Part shown: one piece after another, positions 1 through 7,478 of the stretch
How the letters are laid out: each line of letters starts with the position of its first letter
How positions within the stretch are numbered: the first letter of the stretch is position 1
IMG/VR virus record: IMGVR_UViG_2778261058_000016
Coordinates: 1-20,834 of that record
Reading direction: 5' to 3' (one strand)
DNA length: 20,834 bases
Origin: a virus
Taxonomy: Duplodnaviria; Heunggongvirae; Uroviricota; Caudoviricetes
Position numbers and translations under genes: made by a program
The notes under the pieces: model-generated
Databases searched by the model: none
What the model was told of the DNA's origin: nothing
Seen by the model: only the letters and a program-made list of their open reading frames with translations

Positions 1-1182
1 GTGCTCACAGATACTAAGTTACGAAAGTCGCTCGGAAAGCGCAGGGAGAAGGTTGAGGTTCTCTCTGATTCAAACGGACTGAATGTGCGTCTAAGCATAA
101 CCGGTTCTATCACATTCTTCTATCGGTATCGCTGGCTGGGCAAGCCTGTGCAGTTAAGCATTGGTGACTATCCAACTATTTCACTCTCTCAGGCGAGAGA
201 CAGAAGACAGCAGTTCAGAGCGTGGTTGAGCGAGGGGTATGATCCCCGGCAGAAAGTGCTGGTGGAGAAGGCTGAAAGAATAGAAGCGCTGACAGTCGAT
301 GAGGCCTATGAGTACTGGGTGAAGCATTACTGTATCCCGGAGGGGCTCATTAAAATTGATGCGAACGGTAAAAGCTTCAAAAAGCACATTAGCCCGCGGC
401 TAGGGAAGGCTATTGTGGACCAGACAGTGAAGGCGAACTGGCTTGAGGTTTTCGATGCAATGGGGAGGAGTGTCATATCAGGTGAGATGCTGTCTCTGAC
501 CAAGCGTGCTTTCCGGTTCTGCCACAACAGGGGAGTAATCAAAACCAATCCACTGGAGTCGTTACGAAAATCGGATGTCGGTATAGCAGCGAAGATGAAG
601 GAGAGGCGGCTTTCAGATAGTGAGATAAAGCAGGTGTGGGATACTCTTTTCTCTCTGCCTCCCTCTCAACAACTGGTAATCAGGTTCATGATTCTAACCG
701 GATGCCGCGCCGCAGAAATAAGAAAGTCGAGATGGGAGTGGTTCGATTTCAAAGAAAGGTCCTGGACTGTGCCGGCAGAGGATTATAAGACCGGTAAAAC
801 TATTCGTCGTGCGTTGCCGGATACTGCGGTCAGGCTTCTGCAAGAGCATCAACGCGGATCAATCACTAAGCACGTTCTGACTCCAGCACAGTTCCGGGAT
901 AAAGAAGATGTCCCACCTGGGCAGACGCTTGTCTCGACGTACTCAATGCAGGTAGTGCGTAAGAACGGAATGAAGGAGTGGTCATTACATGATTTGCGGA
1001 GAACGGTGGCCACGCGCCTGTCCGAGCTTGGCGCTCCACCACACGTTATAGAAAAGTTGCTCGGACATCAGATGGGCGGGGTTATGGCCAGATACAACCT
1101 TCATGACTATATGGACGATCAGCATGAATGGCTGGATATCTGGCAGAAGCATTTGCAGGAGATTATTGGGTATCCCCTTTAG
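1..1182 (+). CDS. int: Tyrosine recombinase / phage integrase, P4-type, with N-terminal arm-binding region; may lack 1-2 codons at the window edge
   Basis: 393-aa ORF from GTG at position 1. N-terminus LTDTKLRK...FFYRYRW resembles the arm-binding domain of P4-like integrases. C-terminus has HDLRRTVATRL (H-x-x-R) and a downstream Tyr in MARYNLHDY, consistent with the catalytic residues of tyrosine recombinases. Confidence 0.85.
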   Translation: MLTDTKLRKSLGKRREKVEVLSDSNGLNVRLSITGSITFFYRYRWLGKPVQLSIGDYPTISLSQARDRRQQFRAWLSEGYDPRQKVLVEKAERIEALTVDEAYEYWVKHYCIPEGLIKIDANGKSFKKHISPRLGKAIVDQTVKANWLEVFDAMGRSVISGEMLSLTKRAFRFCHNRGVIKTNPLESLRKSDVGIAAKMKERRLSDSEIKQVWDTLFSLPPSQQLVIRFMILTGCRAAEIRKSRWEWFDFKERSWTVPAEDYKTGKTIRRALPDTAVRLLQEHQRGSITKHVLTPAQFRDKEDVPPGQTLVSTYSMQVVRKNGMKEWSLHDLRRTVATRLSELGAPPHVIEKLLGHQMGGVMARYNLHDYMDDQHEWLDIWQKHLQEIIGYPL

Positions 1183-1378
1183 CAAAGTTGACCTTGTCTT
1201 CCCATGACTTGATTTCTGACTCACGCCAGCGCTTCGGATTTCCGGGGATGGTTGGTTTCGGGAATGGGCATGAAAAGCTGGATGGCATACGTGCGGGAGT
1301 GCTCCAGAAATAGAGCGTGCTGCGCGATATTTTGTAGCGCGCAAGGATTTCGCTTGTAACCAGGATGCTGTCATTCAT
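1163..1378 (-). CDS. AlpA-family (Phage_AlpA / MerR-like HTH) regulator or excisionase-like protein, 71 aa
   Basis: I retranslated the minus strand: MNDSILVTSEILARYKISRSTLYFWSTPARMPSSFSCPFPKPTIPGNPKRWRESEIKSWEDKVNFAKGDTQ. The pattern SRSTLY...FPKP...WRESEI..W matches AlpA/Vis-type proteins. ATG at 1378 sits 6 nt after a GGAGA Shine-Dalgarno; the ORF track's 101-aa version (to 1468) is probably an upstream over-extension. The 3' end overlaps the integrase 3' end by 20 nt (convergent). Confidence 0.65.
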   Translation of the reverse strand: MNDSILVTSEILARYKISRSTLYFWSTPARMPSSFSCPFPKPTIPGNPKRWRESEIKSWEDKVNFAKGDTQ

Positions 1379-1387
1379 CTGTGATCT

Positions 1388-1419
1388 CCAGAAAAAGAGC
1401 GCCCGGCGCGGGGCCGGGC
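1388..1419 (-). terminator. GC-rich hairpin (7-bp stem GCCCGGC / GCCGGGC, 5-nt loop) followed on the minus strand by CTCTTTTTCT; intrinsic terminator and/or the sub-terminal hairpin of the IS right end
   Basis: Perfect inverted repeat at 1401..1419 with an A-run at 1392..1396 on the plus strand, which is a T-run downstream of the hairpin on the minus strand. It lies about 85 nt past the tnpB stop and immediately before the alpA-like RBS. Confidence 0.45.
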
Positions 1420-1620
1420 AAAATGGGGGATAACTGAGCAGTGCTTTCGCACCCAATAGCCAGCTCATAACTGGCTATCAGTTGCTTGACATCCTCCCCG
1501 TCCTAAAGGAAGGGGATTCCTACAGCTAGACGGCGATGCCCCGCCGCGAGAATGTTCTTTGCGGCGTTCACGTCGCGGTCATGAGTGGTTCCGCACTCAC
1601 AACAAGTCCATTCTCTTATT
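1391..1620 (-). ncRNA. Putative omega-RNA (TnpB guide RNA) overlapping the tnpB 3' end and the IS right end
   Basis: In IS200/IS605 elements the omega-RNA is encoded across the 3' end of tnpB and the right end. This region holds three hairpins, one spanning the tnpB stop at about 1496..1515, plus those at 1456..1478 and 1401..1419. Extent is a guess and no covariance model was applied. Confidence 0.25.
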
Positions 1621-2594
1621 CGCAGGCCTGCTCTACCTTTCGGACTGTTGGCGGAGATAGCCCCGCAACACGAACAAGCTTGGGTGGAATAACTTTCGTT
1701 GACCACTTCAAACACCACTGACCGCGCAATCGCTTTATATTCCAGTTGTGTTTTGAGCATGAACCAGCCAGCGTCCAAAATGCTTTTTGCCATTTTGGTT
1801 TTAACCAGTTTCTTACTGCTCGCGTCGCCTACGAATATTGCCGCATGGCTGTTAACCAGCGCCGTGCTGTACTTGTGCAGGGCATCTTTGCGGCGGTTCT
1901 TAATTTTGGCGTGTATGGCGCGTACACGGGCTTTTTTGTTTGCACGCTGTGCCTTTCCTAATGCAGGCTCCAGATCTCGATAGAATCTACCGGCAATCAG
2001 CGGATCACCTTCTGACGGGGTGGCGTAGTCTTTCAGCCCTAAATCGATACCCACGGCGGAAGTGGCCGTTGATGGGACAGTTTCGACCTCTACGCAAACA
2101 TTGAAGTACCAGCGTCCACGGCTGTCTTCTGAAAAGCTTCCAGCACGGAATTTAAATCCTCCCAAGCCGTAGCTATCCCAGACATTAAAAATCCTGCCAG
2201 CGAACCGCACCGCGCCATTTTTCCAGACAGCGCTGCCTATTTTAAACGGCACCCAACCCAACGAACGGCGAGATCCCCCACTGACTCGCCAGCGTAAGCG
2301 AGAGCGTTTAAATTGCTTCCGTGCCTTGCCGTGAATTGCTGCGATTTCCTGTACGGTATGGCTGGGGATGGTATACCCGCGCTCTTTTCGCTCTTTAAGG
2401 AGCGGTTTCTGAACATCAAACGCCGATAGCCATTGCGGTTTTTGCGCGCCAAAAAAGCCAGCGTTGCCGTATGCTGCGCTGGTTATCTCGTTTGCCAGAT
2501 TAAAGATCTGATTGACCTCAAAGGCCATCTGCCGCAAAACGGCTGCGTGCTTGTCTTTAATTCGGACAGATAGTGTTTTGATCTGAATGTTCAT
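1503..2594 (-). CDS. tnpB: TnpB, RNA-guided endonuclease of the IS200/IS605 family (RuvC-like domain plus zinc finger)
   Basis: About 363 aa from the ATG at 2594 (MNIQIKTLSV...). RuvC-I-like GIDLGLKDY, and a C-terminal CSCCGAIS...CCECGTTHDRDVNAAKNI (CxxC...CxxC zinc finger with RuvC-III HDRD/NAAKNI). The ORF track's start at 2663 adds 23 unlikely N-terminal residues. Confidence 0.85.
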   Translation of the reverse strand: MNIQIKTLSVRIKDKHAAVLRQMAFEVNQIFNLANEITSAAYGNAGFFGAQKPQWLSAFDVQKPLLKERKERGYTIPSHTVQEIAAIHGKARKQFKRSRLRWRVSGGSRRSLGWVPFKIGSAVWKNGAVRFAGRIFNVWDSYGLGGFKFRAGSFSEDSRGRWYFNVCVEVETVPSTATSAVGIDLGLKDYATPSEGDPLIAGRFYRDLEPALGKAQRANKKARVRAIHAKIKNRRKDALHKYSTALVNSHAAIFVGDASSKKLVKTKMAKSILDAGWFMLKTQLEYKAIARSVVFEVVNESYSTQACSCCGAISANSPKGRAGLRIREWTCCECGTTHDRDVNAAKNILAAGHRRLAVGIPFL

Positions 2595-2684
2595 GGTCGT
2601 ATGTACATATAATGTGTTGATGTTCAGTTGATCGTCGTTATTTGGCGGGATGTCACCCGCCACACGGCGATGCGCTGATGCTGT

Positions 2685-2954
2685 TTACTTCCGCCAGGCG
2701 AAGCTAATTGGCTCCGGCGTAATCCACAGGTGGCGCATGTTCGCCACGTTCACCACATCATAATCCCGCGGGTAAATCTCCACGGCATCCCGATCCCCAT
2801 AGCCAACGGCTGACTTTATCTCCTGCAATGCATCCCAACTGATGCCATCCTTCCACCGGCCAGAGCTGCCAATGCTGGTGGTGTTCACCGTCAGGCGAAT
2901 AACACCGTTCTCTTCCTGAAACTCCTGAACAAGAAAGTAAGAGTTAGCCCACAC
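2685..2954 (-). CDS. Hypothetical protein, 89 aa, leftward, immediately upstream of the IS left end
   Basis: Protein-like composition (MWANSYFLVQEFQEENGVIRLTVNT...EIYPRDYDVVNVANMRHLWITPEPISFAWRK) and no conflicting gene on the other strand. The start is a GTG and the frame stays open upstream without start codons, so this may be the C-terminal remnant of a longer truncated gene. No family recognised. Confidence 0.35.
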   Translation of the reverse strand: MWANSYFLVQEFQEENGVIRLTVNTTSIGSSGRWKDGISWDALQEIKSAVGYGDRDAVEIYPRDYDVVNVANMRHLWITPEPISFAWRK

Positions 2955-3010
2955 GTTGCTCCGCTTGGGGTCGTGGCATCGTACCGGCCATTGCGATTCC
3001 GGTAACCGCG

Positions 3011-3910
3011 ATGTTCCGGGATATCGAGAAGCGATATATCGGCATCAAGCGAGCGCTGAAATCTCTGTTCGACCAGCGCCTTACCGGGCGTGAGCGCGAG
3101 GTTAACAGCCATAACTGGCACTTCCTTTGTCATGACCACGGCGCGGATATGCGCCTCTACCAGGTAAACGCCGGCAAGTTCATCTACGACATGTCGGCGC
3201 AGGAACTGGCGGACCTGCTGGAAGCGGTGCAGGCCATTCTCGACGATTACCTGCTGGATGGTGGCGAGCAAAATCTCTGGGCGATGGATTACGTCGTCGC
3301 AGAAGCGCAGCGCGGCACGCTTGAGGCATTCAATAACCTCTCGCAACAGTCGCAGGTGTATGCCAGTCAGACGACGCTGCAGCAGCTTTTAAGCAGTCCC
3401 GGTCATCTTAATCAGGTGGCAGCGGCAAGGCTGACAACGTTCAGTGACTGGAAGGTCATCAGCGATACAGCCCGCGGCGACCTGACCAACATCATCACCG
3501 ATGCGGTCGCGCGCGGGGTGAACCCTCGCGAGACGGCCAGCGTAATCAGCAAGCGCCTCGATGTGTCGATGTCGAAGGCAAAGACCATCGCTCAGACTGA
3601 GCAGGTCGGCGCACTGCGGCAGGCACAATGGAACGAAACCGACTGGGCTGCTGACCGGCTGGGGCTGAATACCGGCCTACTGTGGTTGTCAGCGCTAAAA
3701 CCAACGACGCGAACCTGGCATGCCAGCCGCCACGGCAAGGTCTACACCACCGAAGAGATTCGGGACTTCTACGCCGAGAACGGCAACCGGTACAACTGCT
3801 ACTGCAGCCAGATCCCAGTGCTGCTCAACGACGACGGCAGCATCTTCAATGAGGGGCTGGCTGAGAAACTGGCGAAAGAGAGGAAAGCTTGGAAATCCGA
3901 GTCGGAGTGA
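3011..3910 (+). CDS. Phage head morphogenesis protein (Mu F-like / SPP1 gp7 family minor head protein)
   Basis: 299 aa. The segment KAKTIAQTEQVGALRQAQWNETDW...TRTWHASRHGKVYTTEE fits the Mu F-like signature (TIA-TE ... W ... R-x-H-x-G-K). First start in frame is ATG 3011, with an in-frame stop at 2945..2947 upstream. Confidence 0.7.
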   Translation: MFRDIEKRYIGIKRALKSLFDQRLTGREREVNSHNWHFLCHDHGADMRLYQVNAGKFIYDMSAQELADLLEAVQAILDDYLLDGGEQNLWAMDYVVAEAQRGTLEAFNNLSQQSQVYASQTTLQQLLSSPGHLNQVAAARLTTFSDWKVISDTARGDLTNIITDAVARGVNPRETASVISKRLDVSMSKAKTIAQTEQVGALRQAQWNETDWAADRLGLNTGLLWLSALKPTTRTWHASRHGKVYTTEEIRDFYAENGNRYNCYCSQIPVLLNDDGSIFNEGLAEKLAKERKAWKSESE

Positions 3911-3949
3911 TATCATCATGTAAATGATAAAGTTGCTTAAGGGTGAGCA

Positions 3950-4465
3950 ATGAGCAGTGTAACTCCGGCAGAAGTCGGTTCATTCTTTTTATCTCTAGTT
4001 GTTCCAATCACCACTGGGGTTGTGGCAGCAGGATTTACTGCATTTTTCGCTCTGAATCGATTTTACAAAGAAAAATGGTGGGAGAAGAAACATGCTGCGT
4101 ACAATCAATTAATTGATAAATTATTTGAAATCAAAGCAATTTATTCCCACGCCTCAGATTTTTACGAGGCTGAATACAATGCTGGTATGTATGGTAGGCC
4201 GCCGCCGAAAGGGTCTGTTGATTGGAATACATTCCATCAAATAAAAGCGCAACTCCATCGGTTTTATGTGCTCGCACCAATCTCTCTAAGCAATAATACA
4301 AGGGATTTGCTCAATAATTTCTTCAAGCAGGACGCTGATTCCGATCATAGTGTTTACGAAGAGGGTTACCCAGATTTTGTGGCATACAATGATATGACGA
4401 TTGCGACCCAGCAACTTATTGATGCCATTGTCTTGGACGCTGAAAAAGAACTTAAATTTAAATAA
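3950..4465 (+). CDS. Membrane-anchored hypothetical protein, 171 aa (N-terminal TM helix plus soluble domain); AT-rich moron
   Basis: RBS AAGGGTGAG upstream of ATG 3950. N-terminal hydrophobic helix FFLSLVVPITTGVVAAGFTAFFAL followed by a charged/aromatic soluble region. Visibly lower GC than the flanking phage genes, and followed by its own terminator. No family recognised. Confidence 0.6.
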   Translation: MSSVTPAEVGSFFLSLVVPITTGVVAAGFTAFFALNRFYKEKWWEKKHAAYNQLIDKLFEIKAIYSHASDFYEAEYNAGMYGRPPPKGSVDWNTFHQIKAQLHRFYVLAPISLSNNTRDLLNNFFKQDADSDHSVYEEGYPDFVAYNDMTIATQQLIDAIVLDAEKELKFK

Positions 4466-4480
4466 CCTCAGAGCTCCTGA

Positions 4481-4503
4481 AGGTCGCTACGGCGGCCTTT
4501 TTT
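4481..4503 (+). terminator. Rho-independent terminator after the membrane-protein moron
   Basis: Hairpin AGGTCGC-tacg-GCGGCCT (7-bp stem including one G-U wobble) followed by TTTTTT, starting 16 nt after the TAA at 4463..4465. Confidence 0.55.
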
Positions 4504-4534
4504 ATTGCCAGATATCCAATAACGAGGACCCAGC

Positions 4535-5923
4535 ATGAAACGCAACCGCGTTAACGTGCTGACCGTCGTCAACTCCGCTTCAAACATCACCACTGAAACC
4601 ATCGACGGCAAGCCACATATCGTGGTTCGCGGCATCACGCCTGTCGTGGACGATATTGTGATGAACCGGAAGTTGTACCCGGCAGCCGAAATCGAAAAGG
4701 CCTACAACACACTCGAGCGCAACCCGATGCCGCTGGGCCATCCGAAAGTGGACGGCAAGCATGTTTCGGCGCGCGATGTCCGGGCGGTGAATGAGTATCA
4801 CGTCGGGGCATGGCTGCAGAACGTCAGCCACAAAGACGGGAAAGTGACGGGCGATATGTACGTTAACCGCCAGTACGCCGAATCCAGCGACAAGGGCAAG
4901 CGCCTGATTAACCGTCTGGATGAGATGTTGGCTGGTACCAACTCCGACCCGATCCACATCTCAACCGGTCTGCTGTATTCCGGCATCGCCGCCAATGGTG
5001 AGTCGAAGGGCAAGAAGTACAACGAGATCGCCACCAACATGATGTTTGACCATGTGGCGGTGCTGCTCGATGAGCCTGGCGCGGGTACGCCGGAGGATGG
5101 CGTGGGCATCTTCGTTAACTCTGAAGGTGATGAGCAGCAGATTGAAGTTGCCCGTCTGGCTGATGGCATCGACTGTACCCGAGACGGCCTGCTCAACAAG
5201 ACCAAATTCTTCTTCACCAATGCCTCTAATTTCTCTTTCGACGATATCTCCCGCGCTATCAGCGACAAGCTGCGCGAGGGTGACACCGAAGATAAGTGGC
5301 TTTGGTCTGAAACGGTGTGGCCGGACAGCTTCATCTACCGCAATGACACCAAATACCTGAAACAGAAGTACCTCATCGATGATGACGGCAAGGCCGTGTT
5401 CGTCGGCGAACCTGTAGAAGTCGTGCGCAAACCCACTGAGTACGAGATTAAAACCAACGGAGAGAACGATCCGATGAAAGAACTGATTATCAATGCGCTG
5501 CAAGCCGCTGGTAAGCCGACTGAAGGCAAGTCCGACGCCGAGCTGATGGACGCATACAACCAGATGAAGGCCGAAGAAGCCACCGCCAAGAAAAAAGGCG
5601 ATGAAGAAATCGACCCGGAAACCGGCAAGCCCAAGAAAAAAGAGCAGGCCGCCAATAACGAAGAGATGCCAGCGTGGGCGCAGAAACTCGCCGATCGCGT
5701 GGACGTCGTTTTCAACAGCCTGAGCGCTAACGCCGATAAAGAGAAAGGCGAAAAGCGCGCGGCTGTGAAGCTGGCGATGAACATGAGCGACGACGAAGTC
5801 GCGGATCTGGACGGTAAGGCGCTCGACGCCATGTACGCCAAGTGCCAGACATCTTTCGGCCTGAACGGTGCATTCCGCCATCAGGCAACCAACACCCAAT
5901 CAGTCAGCGAAATGCCGGAGTAA
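4535..5923 (+). CDS. Putative prohead scaffolding/protease-like protein (DUF2213-like N-terminal domain, charged C-terminal tail)
   Basis: 462 aa with GAGGA RBS 6 nt upstream. N-terminal pattern HIVVRGITPVVDDIVMNRKLYPAAEI...PLGHPKVDGKHVSA recalls the DUF2213 phage family. C-terminus is highly charged (KKKGDEEIDPETGKPKKKEQ), typical of scaffold proteins. Sits between the head morphogenesis and decoration/capsid genes. Confidence 0.5.
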   Translation: MKRNRVNVLTVVNSASNITTETIDGKPHIVVRGITPVVDDIVMNRKLYPAAEIEKAYNTLERNPMPLGHPKVDGKHVSARDVRAVNEYHVGAWLQNVSHKDGKVTGDMYVNRQYAESSDKGKRLINRLDEMLAGTNSDPIHISTGLLYSGIAANGESKGKKYNEIATNMMFDHVAVLLDEPGAGTPEDGVGIFVNSEGDEQQIEVARLADGIDCTRDGLLNKTKFFFTNASNFSFDDISRAISDKLREGDTEDKWLWSETVWPDSFIYRNDTKYLKQKYLIDDDGKAVFVGEPVEVVRKPTEYEIKTNGENDPMKELIINALQAAGKPTEGKSDAELMDAYNQMKAEEATAKKKGDEEIDPETGKPKKKEQAANNEEMPAWAQKLADRVDVVFNSLSANADKEKGEKRAAVKLAMNMSDDEVADLDGKALDAMYAKCQTSFGLNGAFRHQATNTQSVSEMPE

Positions 5924-5926
5924 AAA

Positions 5927-6361
5927 ATGGCTAAAGACGGAAAGCATATTATCCACGCCGGCGGCGTGTTCCCTAATCCGCTGCTTAACCGCGAAGGCGG
6001 GGCGGCTGCATCGACTCTGCCTGGTACTGTTGGCTTCTTCAGTACTGCTGACAAGTTCACGGCCTCTGTGGTCGGGGCAGAATCCGCCATCAAGTATGTG
6101 GCAAACAAAGACTACCTGCGCTGCCTGAGTGTTGATGACGCAATCCCAGCCAATGAATTGGTTGTTGGTATTCATCCGCTGCCTGGCATGTTCCTAAATG
6201 TGCGAGCAGCAGCGGGCACTTACACCAAAGGCCAGCCGGTTGCAGTAGCCAACGGTCAGATCACTGCGGTTGTAGATGATGTCGCCGTATTCGCTTATGT
6301 CGAAGAAGATAAAGCAGTCACTGCGGTGGCGGGCGATCTGATTCGCGTTGTGTTCAAATAA
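5927..6361 (+). CDS. Head decoration / capsid cement-like protein
   Basis: 144 aa, Gly/Ala/Val-rich, immediately upstream of the major capsid gene. Size and position parallel lambda gpD-type or DUF2190-type decoration proteins. Starts 4 nt after the upstream stop. Confidence 0.5.
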   Translation: MAKDGKHIIHAGGVFPNPLLNREGGAAASTLPGTVGFFSTADKFTASVVGAESAIKYVANKDYLRCLSVDDAIPANELVVGIHPLPGMFLNVRAAAGTYTKGQPVAVANGQITAVVDDVAVFAYVEEDKAVTAVAGDLIRVVFK

Positions 6362-6371
6362 GGAGCACTGA

Positions 6372-7469
6372 ATGTTTGTATTCTCCAAGTCTATCGGCGA
6401 GAAGACCGGTAACCTCGCGGTAAACCAGGCGCAATGGCGCGCTCTCGAACTTGAGCGAAACGCCAGTGCTCAGGCAGCAGCTGATTTTCTGGCGCGCACT
6501 CAGTTCCGTGGTGATGCAGAAAACGCCCCTTATCTCGACGCGGTGAACGCAGTTGACGATATCCGCCGCCTGTATCGCGCTTTCGACACAACTGTGCTTC
6601 AGCAGTTCGAGCCAAATACCGAATTCACCCTGCTGAACGATCTGATGCCGCTCTCTCGCTCCGTGCGAATTGAGCAGTCTCGTTACGATTACGCTCGTAC
6701 CGGCGGCCGCGGCTGGGCTCATACTTCCATGTCCGGTCAGGTTGGTGCGGCGCTGGATGCTCGCAGCTATTCCTTCGATGGCACCATGGTACCTATTCAC
6801 GACTCGGGCTTTAAGTTCGAATGGCGTGATCCAATCTTCAACAGCCCACAGGCATTGCAGTCGCAGGCTGATGCGCAGCGTGGTTCGGTTGAAGACGTTC
6901 AGCGTCGTTACGTTGACTACATCTTCAACGGCTTCCGCGACAAAGCTGGCAACTTCGCAGTGTTTGACGGTCTGACCTGGAAAGGGTTGCGTGACGATGA
7001 GCGCGTAGCGCAGATCGACCTTGGCGCTTCAGGCCTGAACATCGATTTTACCTCTGGCACAGCAACGTCTCAGGACATCCGCGCCGGGGCAATCGTGCTT
7101 CGTGATCAGATGCGTCGCGTAAACAACCAGTATGCAGAGCAGACCTGGTATGTATCCGGCGAAATCATCTCCAACCTGGAACGCTACTTCTCCGACAACT
7201 TCCAGTCCGGAACGATCATGGATGAAATCCTGAAGCTGACCGGTGTAGCGGCGATTAAAGAAGACAGCCAACTGTCAGGTAACGAAATCGTCATCGTTCC
7301 ACTGAGTGCAGGTGTCATTGCTCCAATCGTCGGCCAGGCTATCGGTACCGTTGCATCTCCGCGTCCTGAGTACAACAGCGACTACATCTGGCGCACCTGG
7401 GGTGCAATGGGGTTGATGGTCAAGCAGGACATCAACAACAAATACTCCGTAATTCACGCATCAAGCTAA
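6372..7469 (+). CDS. Major capsid protein
   Basis: 365 aa, preceded by AAGGAG RBS, in the canonical position after the scaffold and decoration genes and before the head-tail joining genes. Assignment is by synteny and size rather than a recognised motif. Confidence 0.6.
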   Translation: MFVFSKSIGEKTGNLAVNQAQWRALELERNASAQAAADFLARTQFRGDAENAPYLDAVNAVDDIRRLYRAFDTTVLQQFEPNTEFTLLNDLMPLSRSVRIEQSRYDYARTGGRGWAHTSMSGQVGAALDARSYSFDGTMVPIHDSGFKFEWRDPIFNSPQALQSQADAQRGSVEDVQRRYVDYIFNGFRDKAGNFAVFDGLTWKGLRDDERVAQIDLGASGLNIDFTSGTATSQDIRAGAIVLRDQMRRVNNQYAEQTWYVSGEIISNLERYFSDNFQSGTIMDEILKLTGVAAIKEDSQLSGNEIVIVPLSAGVIAPIVGQAIGTVASPRPEYNSDYIWRTWGAMGLMVKQDINNKYSVIHASS

Positions 7470-7478
7470 GGATAAATC

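Larger units (their letters stand above)
1391..2680 (-). mobile_element. IS200/IS605-family insertion sequence carrying only tnpB (IS1341-like organisation); boundaries approximate
   Basis: A TnpB gene is flanked by perfect hairpins near both presumed ends: GGCGGG-atgtca-CCCGCC at 2644..2661 (left-end side), and ATAGCCAG-ctcataa-CTGGCTAT at 1456..1478 plus GCCCGGC-gcggg-GCCGGGC at 1401..1419 (right-end side). No Y1 transposase (TnpA) ORF is present. Ends were not mapped by comparison with an empty site. Confidence 0.45.

Noticed and set aside
1379-1468. N-terminal 30-codon extension of the alpA-like ORF as given in the ORF track (101 aa)
   Set aside because: The extension lacks an RBS, runs across the GC hairpin and probable IS end, and adds sequence unrelated to AlpA-family proteins. 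The internal ATG at 1378 has a strong GGAGA RBS.
2595-2663. N-terminal 23-codon extension of TnpB (ORF-track start at 2663)
   Set aside because: The extension would run through the left-end hairpin 2644..2661. The MNIQIKT start at 2594 gives a more typical TnpB N-terminus.
2874-2881. Chi-like octamer GCTGGTGG (also at 15970..15977)
   Set aside because: Octamers of this kind occur frequently by chance in enterobacterial-type GC-rich sequence. Two copies in 20 kb is not a meaningful signal without knowing the host, and orientation effects cannot be assessed here.
4961-5899. 312-aa minus-strand ORF, and many similar antisense ORFs across 3389..10962 and 11982..18142
   Set aside because: They lie entirely antisense to, or out of frame within, well-supported GC-rich phage genes and have low-complexity, Arg/Ala/Leu-biased translations typical of shadow ORFs in high-GC DNA. 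None has an RBS or fits the operon organisation.
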